From contig PAQS01000040.1 of the NCBI GenBank assembly GCA_002709385.1, positions 155,066 through 219,065 on the forward strand: 64,000 nucleotides of DNA. Direction: 5' to 3'. A program made the translations under genes and the position numbers. Positions 26,910 through 36,421 of this stretch are shown one piece after another (within the stretch, counting starts at the first letter, position 1; every line of letters starts with the position of its first letter). The notes beneath the pieces were generated by a model. It did not search any database, was not told the DNA's origin, and saw only the letters and a program-made list of their open reading frames with translations. Origin of the DNA: Waddliaceae bacterium (GTDB lineage: Bacteria > Chlamydiota > Chlamydiia > Chlamydiales > GCA-2709385).

Positions 26910-27883
26910 AACTGTACTGGAGTTCGATTGTTTACAACAAACTGATCGCGGCCGTTTTCTTTAGCACAATAGAGTGCTTGATCAGCATTAGCAATCAGTT
27001 GGTCCAATTGTTTTTTTTCGTCATGTAATGTCGCTTTAGGATTTTCTAATGTTGAAATTCCCATAGAAACAGTGATTTTTAATGTTCCACTTCGTGTTTT
27101 AAATTCATGGGAACGAATAGAATTCCATAATTTATTTGCTACAACACTTGAATGCTTGATTGAAGTATGTGGTAAAAGAATGACAAATTCATCGCCCCCA
27201 AAACGACCAATAATATCATATTTTCTTAACTCGTGCACCATAAGATCAGCTAAAGTATGCAAAACATCATCTGCAGTTTGATGACCGTATTGATCGTTTA
27301 TCTCTTTAAAGTAGTCAATATCAAGCATCATTAATGTTAATGATTCTTGACTTCTACGAGCTTTAGCAATTTCTTTCAAAGCATAGCTTCGTAGAGCACC
27401 TCTATTATAAACATGAGTTAAATCATCCCTTTCAGATCGTAACTTCAAAGAATCAAAAGATTTTTTCGCATGTTCACGCTCATCTTGTGATTGTAAAATT
27501 ACAGAAATACGACCGCGTAATTCTTCTGGATGAAAAGGCCGTGTGATTAAATCTCTTACTCCCATTTTGAATGCTTCCAAAATAATGCTTTCAGATAAAT
27601 CACTAGCGATAAATAAAATAGGTAGTGAAGAAAAATCTCTGACTTCTCGTACACGTCGACAAAAAAGCAAACCATCAATTTCGGGTAAGTTTTGTTCCAC
27701 AAGCATTAGACAATATGATTTATGAGTCAGAAGCTCCATAGCTTCAGTAGCATTACTTACTGTATCGACAATGTAATTATCTTTTAAGTGAGTGCTTGTT
27801 AACTCATGAAGATCACTAGTATGACTCACAACAAGCAGCTTATGGGATAAAGGGGCCTCTGATGTCATGGCTCTCCAGGTCAT
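26906..27883 (-). CDS. pseudo-receiver + GGDEF diguanylate cyclase
   Basis: The C-terminal region has RFGGDEF, an intact RxxD I-site (RKYD) 5 residues upstream, and DIDYFKEINDQYGH. The N-terminal CheY-like fold has its phospho-chemistry residues substituted (see finding). Confidence 0.85.
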   Translation of the reverse strand: MTWRAMTSEAPLSHKLLVVSHTSDLHELTSTHLKDNYIVDTVSNATEAMELLTHKSYCLMLVEQNLPEIDGLLFCRRVREVRDFSSLPILFIASDLSESIILEAFKMGVRDLITRPFHPEELRGRISVILQSQDEREHAKKSFDSLKLRSERDDLTHVYNRGALRSYALKEIAKARRSQESLTLMMLDIDYFKEINDQYGHQTADDVLHTLADLMVHELRKYDIIGRFGGDEFVILLPHTSIKHSSVVANKLWNSIRSHEFKTRSGTLKITVSMGISTLENPKATLHDEKKQLDQLIANADQALYCAKENGRDQFVVNNRTPVQL

Positions 27884-28247
27884 TTTTAGTTTTAAAATCT
27901 ATATAGCAAATAATTACTTATTAGGAAAAAAAGAGATATCTGAAGGAGTGAGAGCTATTTTCATGTAAGCCTCATTGTTTATCTAATCTCTTTCCTAGTC
28001 CTGTTACCTCCGGCTACCTAGGTGCTGTTAGAAAAAATACGAGAAAAGACCAATAAACAGTGTAAGTTGAATTTTCTCGATGACCTTTTTAAGAAAATTT
28101 TAAAAATAGAGAAATCTTAAGTATTTGAAATTTAGCGTTCTTTAAAAAGTAGTAAATAAAAACTTCAACTATATATTTATAGTAACTAAATTAGAAGAAT
28201 CTAGATTCATCTGAGCGAAGCACATAAACGTAAACGCGGAGATAGAA

Positions 28248-29963
28248 ATGCAACGAAATAAATTATTGAAAAACGTTATTTCTTGGGGACTCGCTTTATC
28301 GTGTGTATGTGCTTCACCAACGATTGAAGCGCTGAAATTTGAATCGGATAGCGGTGATATTCATGGTTCATTCGATAATACAATCAGTTATGGATTGGGA
28401 ATGAGGACTCAGCGTCAAGACCCACGAATTATTGGTGTGGGAAATGGCGGTACTTTTTTATCACTGAATGAAGATGATGGAAACTTAAATTACGACCAGT
28501 GGGATCTTTATTCTAATGCAATAAAATCTGTTCATGAACTTGAAGTAAATAAAGATGAATTTGGTCTTTTCTTACGAGGTATTGCTCTCTATGATATTGA
28601 AATCATGCATGGAGATACTCGAAGGACGGCTCTTGGGCCTATAGCTGAGAGTCGGATGGGAAAAGACTTATCTCTTCTAGATGCATATATCACCTATACT
28701 GGTGACACTGAAAAAGATAAACCATTTACCCTACGTATAGGAAATCAAGTATTAAACTGGGGAGAGAGTACATTTATCCAGAATGGGATTAATAGTATGA
28801 TGCCTCTGGATGTATCACGATTGCGTGTAGCTGGAGCAGAGCTACGAGAAGCTTTTCTTCCTGTATGGATGGCTTTTATCGATTATGGAATTTCAGAAAA
28901 GATATCTATAGGTGGTTTTTGTCAGTTTTCTTGGAGAGAAACTCGGATAGAACCAAAAGGAACTTTCTTCTCTACTAATGACTATGTGAGTCCTGATGGA
29001 ACTTATGTAATGGTTAGTCCTACAGGAGATGATACACAAAGCTGTGCAGATACACTATGTGCTATGGGCGGAGGAGCTGGTATTTTTGGGCAATCTGCAA
29101 ATCGAGGTGAAGATGTTTCTGGTAGTGACCGAGGAAATTTTGGGGTTAATTTACGCTACTATGAGCCTGATTTAAATGAGACAGAGTTTGGTCTCTATTT
29201 CTTACAGTATAGTTCACGTTTACCAGTGGTATCTGGATATAAAGGAAATGCGATTCCTATATTAGGACCGGGAGCATACATTCCTGATTCATACTACTTT
29301 GTAGAGTATCCAGATGATATTCATCTTTTAGGCTTAAGTTTCAATACAATGCTCGGAAAAATTGCTCTGCAAGGAGAGTATTCGCTCAAAATTGATCAGC
29401 CATTACAAATTTCAGGATATGAAATTATTTTAGCAGTTCTTGGTTCTGCATCACCTGTAAGCCAATTAGGGGCTTTTCCAGATGCTTCAGAAATTACCGG
29501 TTTTAGAAGAAAAACGGTGAGCCAAATGCAGTTTACAGCAACAAAGATGTTTGGTCCGTGCGGTGTCATGAGCTCTTCAGCAATTCTAGCAGAAGTGGGT
29601 GCTATGTATATTCATGGTTTTCCGGACCAATCAACGTTGCGCTTTGATGGTCCAGGTACAATAGGTTCAGGAGGACAAGGTTATGCAACAAGGTTTTCAG
29701 GTGGATATAATCTTGTATTATTAGGGACTTTCGACAAAGTCAATGCTCAAACTTATATTGCATTTGCTCATGATGTATCTGGTCGTTCTCCTCTTCCTCT
29801 TAGCAATTTTGTGAAAAATCGAAAATCGATCACTCTTTCAGGTGAAATACGTCGTCATGCACTGTCATGGAAAGCAACATTTTCGCACTTTTTCAGCGGT
29901 GGAACACACAATCTTTTAAGAGATAGAGATCATATAACACTAAGTTCCACAGTATCTTTCTAG
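28248..29963 (+). CDS. DUF1302-family outer-membrane protein
   Basis: 571 aa with a signal peptide. Motifs are NTISYGLGMRTQ, DDGNLNY, LLDAYITY and LRIGNQVLNWGESTFIQNGIN, as I recall for DUF1302. Confidence 0.7.
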   Translation: MQRNKLLKNVISWGLALSCVCASPTIEALKFESDSGDIHGSFDNTISYGLGMRTQRQDPRIIGVGNGGTFLSLNEDDGNLNYDQWDLYSNAIKSVHELEVNKDEFGLFLRGIALYDIEIMHGDTRRTALGPIAESRMGKDLSLLDAYITYTGDTEKDKPFTLRIGNQVLNWGESTFIQNGINSMMPLDVSRLRVAGAELREAFLPVWMAFIDYGISEKISIGGFCQFSWRETRIEPKGTFFSTNDYVSPDGTYVMVSPTGDDTQSCADTLCAMGGGAGIFGQSANRGEDVSGSDRGNFGVNLRYYEPDLNETEFGLYFLQYSSRLPVVSGYKGNAIPILGPGAYIPDSYYFVEYPDDIHLLGLSFNTMLGKIALQGEYSLKIDQPLQISGYEIILAVLGSASPVSQLGAFPDASEITGFRRKTVSQMQFTATKMFGPCGVMSSSAILAEVGAMYIHGFPDQSTLRFDGPGTIGSGGQGYATRFSGGYNLVLLGTFDKVNAQTYIAFAHDVSGRSPLPLSNFVKNRKSITLSGEIRRHALSWKATFSHFFSGGTHNLLRDRDHITLSSTVSF

Positions 29964-29972
29964 GGGGTTTTA

Positions 29973-31325
29973 ATGAGATCAATTTTGCAAGCATTGGGTT
30001 TCACTTTGCTTTTACCACTTGCTCTTTCGGCAAAGGTAGATGTGGAAACTGCAAAGCAATTAGAAGAAAATCTGACTCCTTTAGGAGCAGAGCGTATGGG
30101 AAATACTGATGGTTCTATTCCTGAATGGACAGGAGGAATTACGGAGAAACCAGAGTCTTATGTCCATGGAGAACATTTTGTAAATCCATTTGAAGGCGAA
30201 GAAATTTTATTTACGATCACTTCAAGTAATATGGAAGAATACAAAGAATTTTTGTCTCCAGGACAAGTAGCGATGTTTCAGCGCTATCCTGAATCTTTCC
30301 AAATGCCTATCTATCCTACTCATCGAAGTGCCTCATATCCAGAATTTGTATATGAAGCGCTTAAGCAAAATGCCATCAATGCAGAACTTGTTGCTGATGG
30401 GAATGGCTTAAAAAATGCAAGAGTTACAGCACCATTTCCGATTCCTCAAAATGGCTTAGAAGTTATTTGGAATCATTTAGTTCGTTACCGAGGAGAGCAA
30501 GCACAACGTGAGGTAGCACAAGCCGCTCCTCTAGCCAATGGCTCTTATCAAATAGTGCATATTAAAGAAGATATCTATTATCCCTACAATAACCCAGAGT
30601 CCACAATGGAGACTTTAAAAAATAGGGTAGGATATTTCTTACAAAAAGTTACTGCACCTGCATATTTAGCAGGAACTATTTTGCTTGTTCATGAAACACT
30701 CAATCAGTCGGAAGAACCTCGTTCTGCTTGGACATATAATCCAGGACAAAGAAGAGTGCGACGAGCTCCAAATATAGCTTACGATAATCCAGGAACAGCT
30801 TCAGATGGTCAGAGAACTACAGACCAATATGATATGTTCAATGGGGCTCCTGATCGATACGATTGGACCCTTATCGGTAAAAAAGAAATTTTCGTTCCTT
30901 ACAATGCTTATCCTATCCAAAGCCCAAAAATTAAATACAAAGATCTTTTGCGTGCTGGGCATATGAACCCTGAACATACACGTTATGAAAAGCACCGTGT
31001 ATGGGTTTTAGAAGCAAACGTGAAGAAAGAGTTTAAACACATCTTTCCTAAACGAGTTTTCTACTTAGACGAAGATAGTTGGCAAATCCTAGTAGCTGAT
31101 CAGTATGATTCTAGAGGACAAATTTGGCGTTTATCAGAGGCACATTGTCTAAACTATTACAATGTTCCAACAATCTTAGACACAATTCAAGTTCACTACG
31201 ATTTGTTAAATGGACGCTACCTTGTATTTGGAATGAAAAATGAAGGACGTATCGAAAATTTCGATGTGGAGCTTCAAGTAGCAGATTTTACACCGCAACG
31301 CCTGCGACGTGCAGGTAGACGATAG
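29973..31325 (+). CDS. DUF1329-family (LolA-like / outer-membrane lipoprotein-sorting-like) protein
   Basis: 450 aa with a signal peptide. Motifs are LTPLGAERMGNTDGSIPEWTGG and APFPIPQNGLEVIWNHLVRYRG, as I recall for DUF1329. Confidence 0.7.
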   Translation: MRSILQALGFTLLLPLALSAKVDVETAKQLEENLTPLGAERMGNTDGSIPEWTGGITEKPESYVHGEHFVNPFEGEEILFTITSSNMEEYKEFLSPGQVAMFQRYPESFQMPIYPTHRSASYPEFVYEALKQNAINAELVADGNGLKNARVTAPFPIPQNGLEVIWNHLVRYRGEQAQREVAQAAPLANGSYQIVHIKEDIYYPYNNPESTMETLKNRVGYFLQKVTAPAYLAGTILLVHETLNQSEEPRSAWTYNPGQRRVRRAPNIAYDNPGTASDGQRTTDQYDMFNGAPDRYDWTLIGKKEIFVPYNAYPIQSPKIKYKDLLRAGHMNPEHTRYEKHRVWVLEANVKKEFKHIFPKRVFYLDEDSWQILVADQYDSRGQIWRLSEAHCLNYYNVPTILDTIQVHYDLLNGRYLVFGMKNEGRIENFDVELQVADFTPQRLRRAGRR

Positions 31326-31333
31326 GTGCTCCT

Positions 31334-32242
31334 ATGAGACAAGTGACTCTCCTGATTGCTTTGACGATTGCGACAATAATATATGCTGGCTCTGAGAAGA
31401 TAGAGCCAGCTTTATTTTTACCAAAAGCAATAAGCGGAATGGTTTCAGGGCTTCTCCGTGTAGATGAGCAGATCTTAGCTGTAGGAGAACGTGGTCATAT
31501 TCTTTCGACAAATTTAAAATTAGAAAAAATAGAACAAGAAAACTCTCCTGTAAATCAATTCATGACAGGAATTACAGCAAATAAACAAGGAACACTATTT
31601 GTTCTAGGTCATGATGGATTACTACTCAAAGGCACAAAAAACCATTGGTCTGTTCAAAAGCTAGATCAAGATATCAATAATCCCTTATTCGATCTTGTAT
31701 TTAATCAGTACAATATTGGTTTAGCAGTAGGAGCATATGGAACTTTATTGCTATCACAAGATGGCGGTGAAACTTGGGAAGAAAGTGTTATTGATGAAGA
31801 AGAGCCACATCTTTATTCAGTGGCTATTGATGAAAGAAATAATTTCTATGTTTCAGGTGAGTTTGGAACTCTAGTTAAATTTAGTCCTGACGGCACATTA
31901 TTATGGAAGTTAGATACAGAGATAGAGTCGACATTTTTTGGATTAGAACTACTTTCTGAGAATAATTTCTATGTCTATGGACTCCGTGGAACAGTCTTCT
32001 ATACGAAAAATGGAAAAGATTTTGAGAAAATTGATTTACATACTCAAGCTTCTATATTTTGTTCCACAAAGCGTAATGATGAAGTGATTTTCTGTGGAAG
32101 CGATGGAGTTATTATCGGATATGATGGAAAAAATATACGAAATTACTCTTTGAGTGAAAGAGTTCATGTAACATCTGTTTTAAATGATGAAAATCGTTTA
32201 ATTATCGGTACAAGCAAAGGCTTGAAGGAAGTGAAGCTATGA
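31334..32242 (+). CDS. BNR/Ycf48-like beta-propeller repeat protein
   Basis: 302 aa with repeated G..G.ll.S.DGG.tW-type blades (GAYGTLLLSQDGGETWEE, GEFGTLVKFSPDG, GLRGTVFYTKNGKDF). Confidence 0.6.
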   Translation: MRQVTLLIALTIATIIYAGSEKIEPALFLPKAISGMVSGLLRVDEQILAVGERGHILSTNLKLEKIEQENSPVNQFMTGITANKQGTLFVLGHDGLLLKGTKNHWSVQKLDQDINNPLFDLVFNQYNIGLAVGAYGTLLLSQDGGETWEESVIDEEEPHLYSVAIDERNNFYVSGEFGTLVKFSPDGTLLWKLDTEIESTFFGLELLSENNFYVYGLRGTVFYTKNGKDFEKIDLHTQASIFCSTKRNDEVIFCGSDGVIIGYDGKNIRNYSLSERVHVTSVLNDENRLIIGTSKGLKEVKL

Positions 32243-34545
32243 TCAAAACAATCGCTCACTTTGTATTTCGTTATGCCTATTTTGTAATGGCAATTCTCTT
32301 TGCTGTTTCTTTCTTTTTTGCATTTGAAGTAAGTAAACTCAAAATAGATGCTGGGTTCGAAAAACAGCTTCCTTATGCTCATCCTTATATCAATACAATG
32401 ACCCAATATCGTGAGGAATTCGGTGGAGAAGATCGCATATTTATTGCAGTAAGTCCCAAAAAAGGGGATATCTTTTCTGCTAATTTTCTTACACAGTTTA
32501 AGGCGATCTCTGATGAAGCTCATTATATAAGTGGAGCAAATAGATCATGGATAGAATCATTATTTACTCCTAATGTTCGTTTTACAGAAGTTGTGGATGG
32601 AGGATTTGCTGGTGGAAATGTCATTCCAGCAGATTTTGATGCGTCACCGGAAGCTGTAGAGCAAGTTAGACAAAACGTATTGAAGTCTTCTATTATCGGA
32701 AGGCTTGTTGCAAACGACTTTTCATCGGCAATGATTAGTTTACAATTAGCCGAACATAACCCAAGTACAGGAGAAAAGTTAGACCCTCTCTTAGTTGCTC
32801 AAGAACTCGAAAAAAATATACGTGAACGCTATCAGAGCGATGATATTGAAATTCGTATCATAGGCTTTGCGAAGGTTCTCGGAGATATAGCAGAAGGAGC
32901 TATAGGAGTCGTTTTTTTTATGCTTGGAGCAGTGTTACTTGTTACTTGCTTACTAAAAGGATTTGTACATTCCTGGTCATTTACTCTATCTGTTATTTTT
33001 TGTTCCCTTATTGCTGTGGTATGGAATTTAGGTTTACTTTCTTTTCTAGGATTTGGATTAGATCCAATGTCGATGCTGATTCCGTTCCTAATTTTTGCAA
33101 TTGGAGTTTCACATGGAATCCAAATTCTTAATAGAGTACAGCATCATGTGGTTGAAGGAGGAACTGTATACGAAGGAGCTTTAGAAACATTTAGAGTACT
33201 ATTTGCACCTGGATTAGTAGCCCTGTTAAGTGATACGATTGGTTTTTTCACTATTCGTCTTATCAAAATACAAATGATCCAAGATTTAGCGATTACAGCT
33301 AGCTTAGGTGTTCTTGCGTTGATTTTGACTAATCTTCTTTTACTTCCGCTTATACTATCGAAACTTACTTTGAAAAAGATCCACGTGGAACAGCTTCTAA
33401 AGGGACGAAAACAACGTGAAAAATGGTGGATCGCTTTATCGCAGCTTAGCCGCCGTAAAGCGGCTTTTTCAATGATGATTTTTGTAAGCATTCTCGTCAT
33501 TTATTGTTCTAGTATGGCTCAAAATTTAGATATTGGAGATAGCCAGGAAGGTGTTCCTGAATTATGGGGAAATGCACGGTATAACCAAGATACAGCTTAT
33601 ATAACAGACAAGTTCTCTGTTGGAGCTGATGTTCTAAATGTAATTGCTGAATCGGTTGATAATGCATGTATCCGGCATGATATTGTGAAACTTATGGATA
33701 AGTTTCAGTGGGTTTTATCAAATAATCCACATGTTCAAGGAACCCTTAGTCTGCCTCAAGTAATGAAAATTGTATCTGCAGCTTGGAATGAGGGACACCC
33801 AAAATGGCAAGAGTTACCTAGAAATTCTAGCAGTTTGGGACAGGCAGCTTCAGCTGTAGAAACTTCTACAGGCCTTTTAAATCTGGCTTGTAATGCAATG
33901 CCAATTATGATTTTTCTCAAAGATCATAAAGCTGAAAGTATCAATTCGGTAATAACAGAGATCAAAAAGTTTACGGAGAAGCATCCTCATCCAGACCTTA
34001 CTTTTTCTCTAGCAACAGGAAATGTTGGAGTGATGGCAGCAACTAACGATACAATATCTGCCGCGCAATACCCAATTTTACTATGGATCTATGGTGCTGT
34101 AGGTACTCTCTGTTTGTGTTTATTTCGTTCTTTGAGAGCAACTTTATGTGTACTAGCACCCTTAGCTCTAGTTTCTATTTTAACCTATGCACTGATGAAT
34201 CACTTGCAGATAGGTTTAAAAACTTCTACGTTACCAATAGCAGCCCTAGGAGTAGGAATAGGTGTAGATTATGGAATCTATATTTTTTCACAACTGAAGC
34301 AGTATCTAGATAGGGGAGAAAGTCTACAGAAATCTTTTCAAGAAACATTAGCTGTGAATGGAACAGCAGTTCTTGTTACAGGGTTTGTTCTCTCTTTAGC
34401 TGTCAGCACTTGGTCGTTTTCTACACTAAAATTTCAAGCCGATATGGGATTGTTATTTGCGTTTATGCTCTTCGCTAATATGTGTGCTGCGCTGACTCTC
34501 ATTCCGGCATTAAGCTATTTTTTATATCCTAAAAATAGAGCGTAA
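32239..34545 (+). CDS. RND/MMPL-superfamily transporter
   Basis: 768 aa with two-fold internal symmetry: two 6-TM bundles, each preceded by a large soluble loop. The start overlaps the upstream stop by 4 nt. Confidence 0.8.
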   Translation: MIKTIAHFVFRYAYFVMAILFAVSFFFAFEVSKLKIDAGFEKQLPYAHPYINTMTQYREEFGGEDRIFIAVSPKKGDIFSANFLTQFKAISDEAHYISGANRSWIESLFTPNVRFTEVVDGGFAGGNVIPADFDASPEAVEQVRQNVLKSSIIGRLVANDFSSAMISLQLAEHNPSTGEKLDPLLVAQELEKNIRERYQSDDIEIRIIGFAKVLGDIAEGAIGVVFFMLGAVLLVTCLLKGFVHSWSFTLSVIFCSLIAVVWNLGLLSFLGFGLDPMSMLIPFLIFAIGVSHGIQILNRVQHHVVEGGTVYEGALETFRVLFAPGLVALLSDTIGFFTIRLIKIQMIQDLAITASLGVLALILTNLLLLPLILSKLTLKKIHVEQLLKGRKQREKWWIALSQLSRRKAAFSMMIFVSILVIYCSSMAQNLDIGDSQEGVPELWGNARYNQDTAYITDKFSVGADVLNVIAESVDNACIRHDIVKLMDKFQWVLSNNPHVQGTLSLPQVMKIVSAAWNEGHPKWQELPRNSSSLGQAASAVETSTGLLNLACNAMPIMIFLKDHKAESINSVITEIKKFTEKHPHPDLTFSLATGNVGVMAATNDTISAAQYPILLWIYGAVGTLCLCLFRSLRATLCVLAPLALVSILTYALMNHLQIGLKTSTLPIAALGVGIGVDYGIYIFSQLKQYLDRGESLQKSFQETLAVNGTAVLVTGFVLSLAVSTWSFSTLKFQADMGLLFAFMLFANMCAALTLIPALSYFLYPKNRA

Positions 34546-34597
34546 AAACAGGAATAATCTAGGGCATTAAAAATATGCCCTAAAACATTTCTTAGGC

Positions 34598-34981
34598 TTA
34601 TAAAGCAGATGTAAGTGGACGGTAATCAACAGACGCCCAATGTTCAATCACTTTTTCGTTATGGCAGCGGAAACAAGTTAAACCGTGAAATATTACTTTC
34701 TCTCCTGTAGCAGCAATGTCTTTGATAGAATTTGTAAAAGTGCCTTCTACTTTCCAATGAACAACTACAATATCTTTTTCAATACTGTCGTGTAGAGGAG
34801 TAATTTTTGCATCAGGAATCGCAATTAACCACTTTTTCGCTAATTCAACAACAGCATTTCCTCCTTTAAGTAATGCATCTTTTCCGTGAATAGTAGCATC
34901 ATCTGAGTAGATTTTTTGCATAGAATCCCATTCACGTTGATTGTAAGCATCAAACCAGCATTTAAGTATTGTATCTTTCAT
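34598..34981 (-). CDS. SnoaL-like / NTF2-fold protein (ester-cyclase-like)
   Basis: 127 aa. Segments are WFDAYNQREWDSMQKIYSDDATIHG and the C-terminal KVIEHWASVDY. Confidence 0.55.
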   Translation of the reverse strand: MKDTILKCWFDAYNQREWDSMQKIYSDDATIHGKDALLKGGNAVVELAKKWLIAIPDAKITPLHDSIEKDIVVVHWKVEGTFTNSIKDIAATGEKVIFHGLTCFRCHNEKVIEHWASVDYRPLTSAL

Positions 34982-35119
34982 TGAAATATCCTTGTTTTAT
35001 CAGCAAGTTTATGAAAAAACATAAAGCCTAAAAAACTCAGAAAAAAAGAACAATGAGCTAATTGACGTGATGCCATGACATAGCCATAATGTCTTAAATT
35101 CATTTATGGAAAGGCTTTA

Positions 35120-35983
35120 ATGATAGATATTTCGGATAAATTAGTTAGGATTAATCAGGCTGATATCAGTGAAAAATGTATTCTTGATCGATTACCTAAA
35201 AATGTAAAACATTTATATTTGGAGCGCTGTGAACTACATTTCGTTCCTGAGAAGATACGAACTTTTCAAGATTTGCAATTTTTGAGTTTATACAATAATC
35301 ATATTACAGAATTACCAATATGGTTAGAAGAATTGAGGAATTTAAGGCGATTGAATGTTAGTGCCAATCAACTGCCTATCCTTGATTCAAGAATAAGAAA
35401 TCTAGAAAATCTTGAAGTCTTAGACCTTAACCATAATCTTTTGCAAGAAGTCCCCGAAGAATGTATTCAATTGTTAAAACTCAAATTTTTATACTTATCT
35501 GGTAATTGCTTAAGTGATCTTCCAGAAGGGATCGGAAGACTCAAGTTTTTGAGGTATCTAAATATTAGCCACAATCAGTTTTCTCGATTACCAAAAGGGG
35601 TTTTTAATCCTTTTCTACAAGAGCTTCGTATGTATAACAATGAAGTTGAAGAATTGTCTCATGAAATAAGTGGTCTTGTATCAGTAAGAGAGTTGCATTT
35701 TGATCGCAACAAAATCTGTTATATAACTCCAGATATATGTCATTTACAAAAACTTGAAGTTTTATCGTTTAGGGGAAATAGATTGAGAGAACTTCCTAAA
35801 GAAATAGCGACTTTGCAAAATTTACAGTTTTTAGATTTAAGAGAAAACGATCTAGAGGAAGTCCCCGAAGAGATTCAGATGTTAACGCACCTTAAAAGGT
35901 TAGATCTTCGTTTAAACCCAAAAATTCGTCTGCCTCAATGGATTCAAACTTTAGAGGAATACGGCTGTCGTATTTATTTTTAA
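35120..35983 (+). CDS. leucine-rich-repeat protein (eukaryote-like, candidate effector)
   Basis: About 10 tandem ~23-aa LxxLxxLxLxxNxLxxLPxxI units (e.g. LQFLSLYNNHITELPIWLEELRN, LEVLDLNHNLLQEVPEECIQLLK). Confidence 0.9.
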   Translation: MIDISDKLVRINQADISEKCILDRLPKNVKHLYLERCELHFVPEKIRTFQDLQFLSLYNNHITELPIWLEELRNLRRLNVSANQLPILDSRIRNLENLEVLDLNHNLLQEVPEECIQLLKLKFLYLSGNCLSDLPEGIGRLKFLRYLNISHNQFSRLPKGVFNPFLQELRMYNNEVEELSHEISGLVSVRELHFDRNKICYITPDICHLQKLEVLSFRGNRLRELPKEIATLQNLQFLDLRENDLEEVPEEIQMLTHLKRLDLRLNPKIRLPQWIQTLEEYGCRIYF

Positions 35984-35996
35984 TAAGTTTTTTTTA

Positions 35997-36031
35997 AGAG
36001 CCTCGTTTCTATAGATAGAAACGAGGCTCTC
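35997..36031. terminator. bidirectional hairpin between convergent genes
   Basis: The hairpin is gagcctcgtttcta-tagat-agaaacgaggctc, with a T-run upstream on the plus strand (tttttttt). It lies between the LRR gene (+) and the VOC gene (-). Confidence 0.65.
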
Positions 36032-36034
36032 TAA

Positions 36035-36421
36035 CTATGAATTTAGCTGTTCTACGATTTGAAATTTATTTCCAGATGCATCTTCGAACATTTGTAATTT
36101 GACGTGTCCAGGAACCTCGATCACATCACCTAACATTTTTGTGCCTTTTTCAATCATGCTTTGTTTCATAAGATTCAAGTCATCTACATCAAAAGTCATG
36201 ATAGCATTTACACCAGCTTGAAGGAATTCCATACCATCGTTATATTGAGCAATTCCTAGCGCGGCTCCACCCTCAACTCCAGATAGTTCTGCCCAACCAA
36301 ACTCTGCCGATTCGAAATTAACCTTAAGACCTAAAACTTCTGTGTAAAATTTAATAGCATCTTGCAGGTTATTAACAACAACCCAAGAAAGATTAGATTT
36401 TTTTATAGATAGATTAGACAT
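36035..36421 (-). CDS. VOC/glyoxalase-family protein
   Basis: The sequence [24 protein letters not shown]...GNKFQIVE fits the family. I prefer the ATG at 36421 (MSNLSIKK), which has a gaggaa RBS and overlaps the mnmG stop by 8 nt. The track ORF starts at 36484. Confidence 0.7.
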   Translation of the reverse strand: MSNLSIKKSNLSWVVVNNLQDAIKFYTEVLGLKVNFESAEFGWAELSGVEGGAALGIAQYNDGMEFLQAGVNAIMTFDVDDLNLMKQSMIEKGTKMLGDVIEVPGHVKLQMFEDASGNKFQIVEQLNS

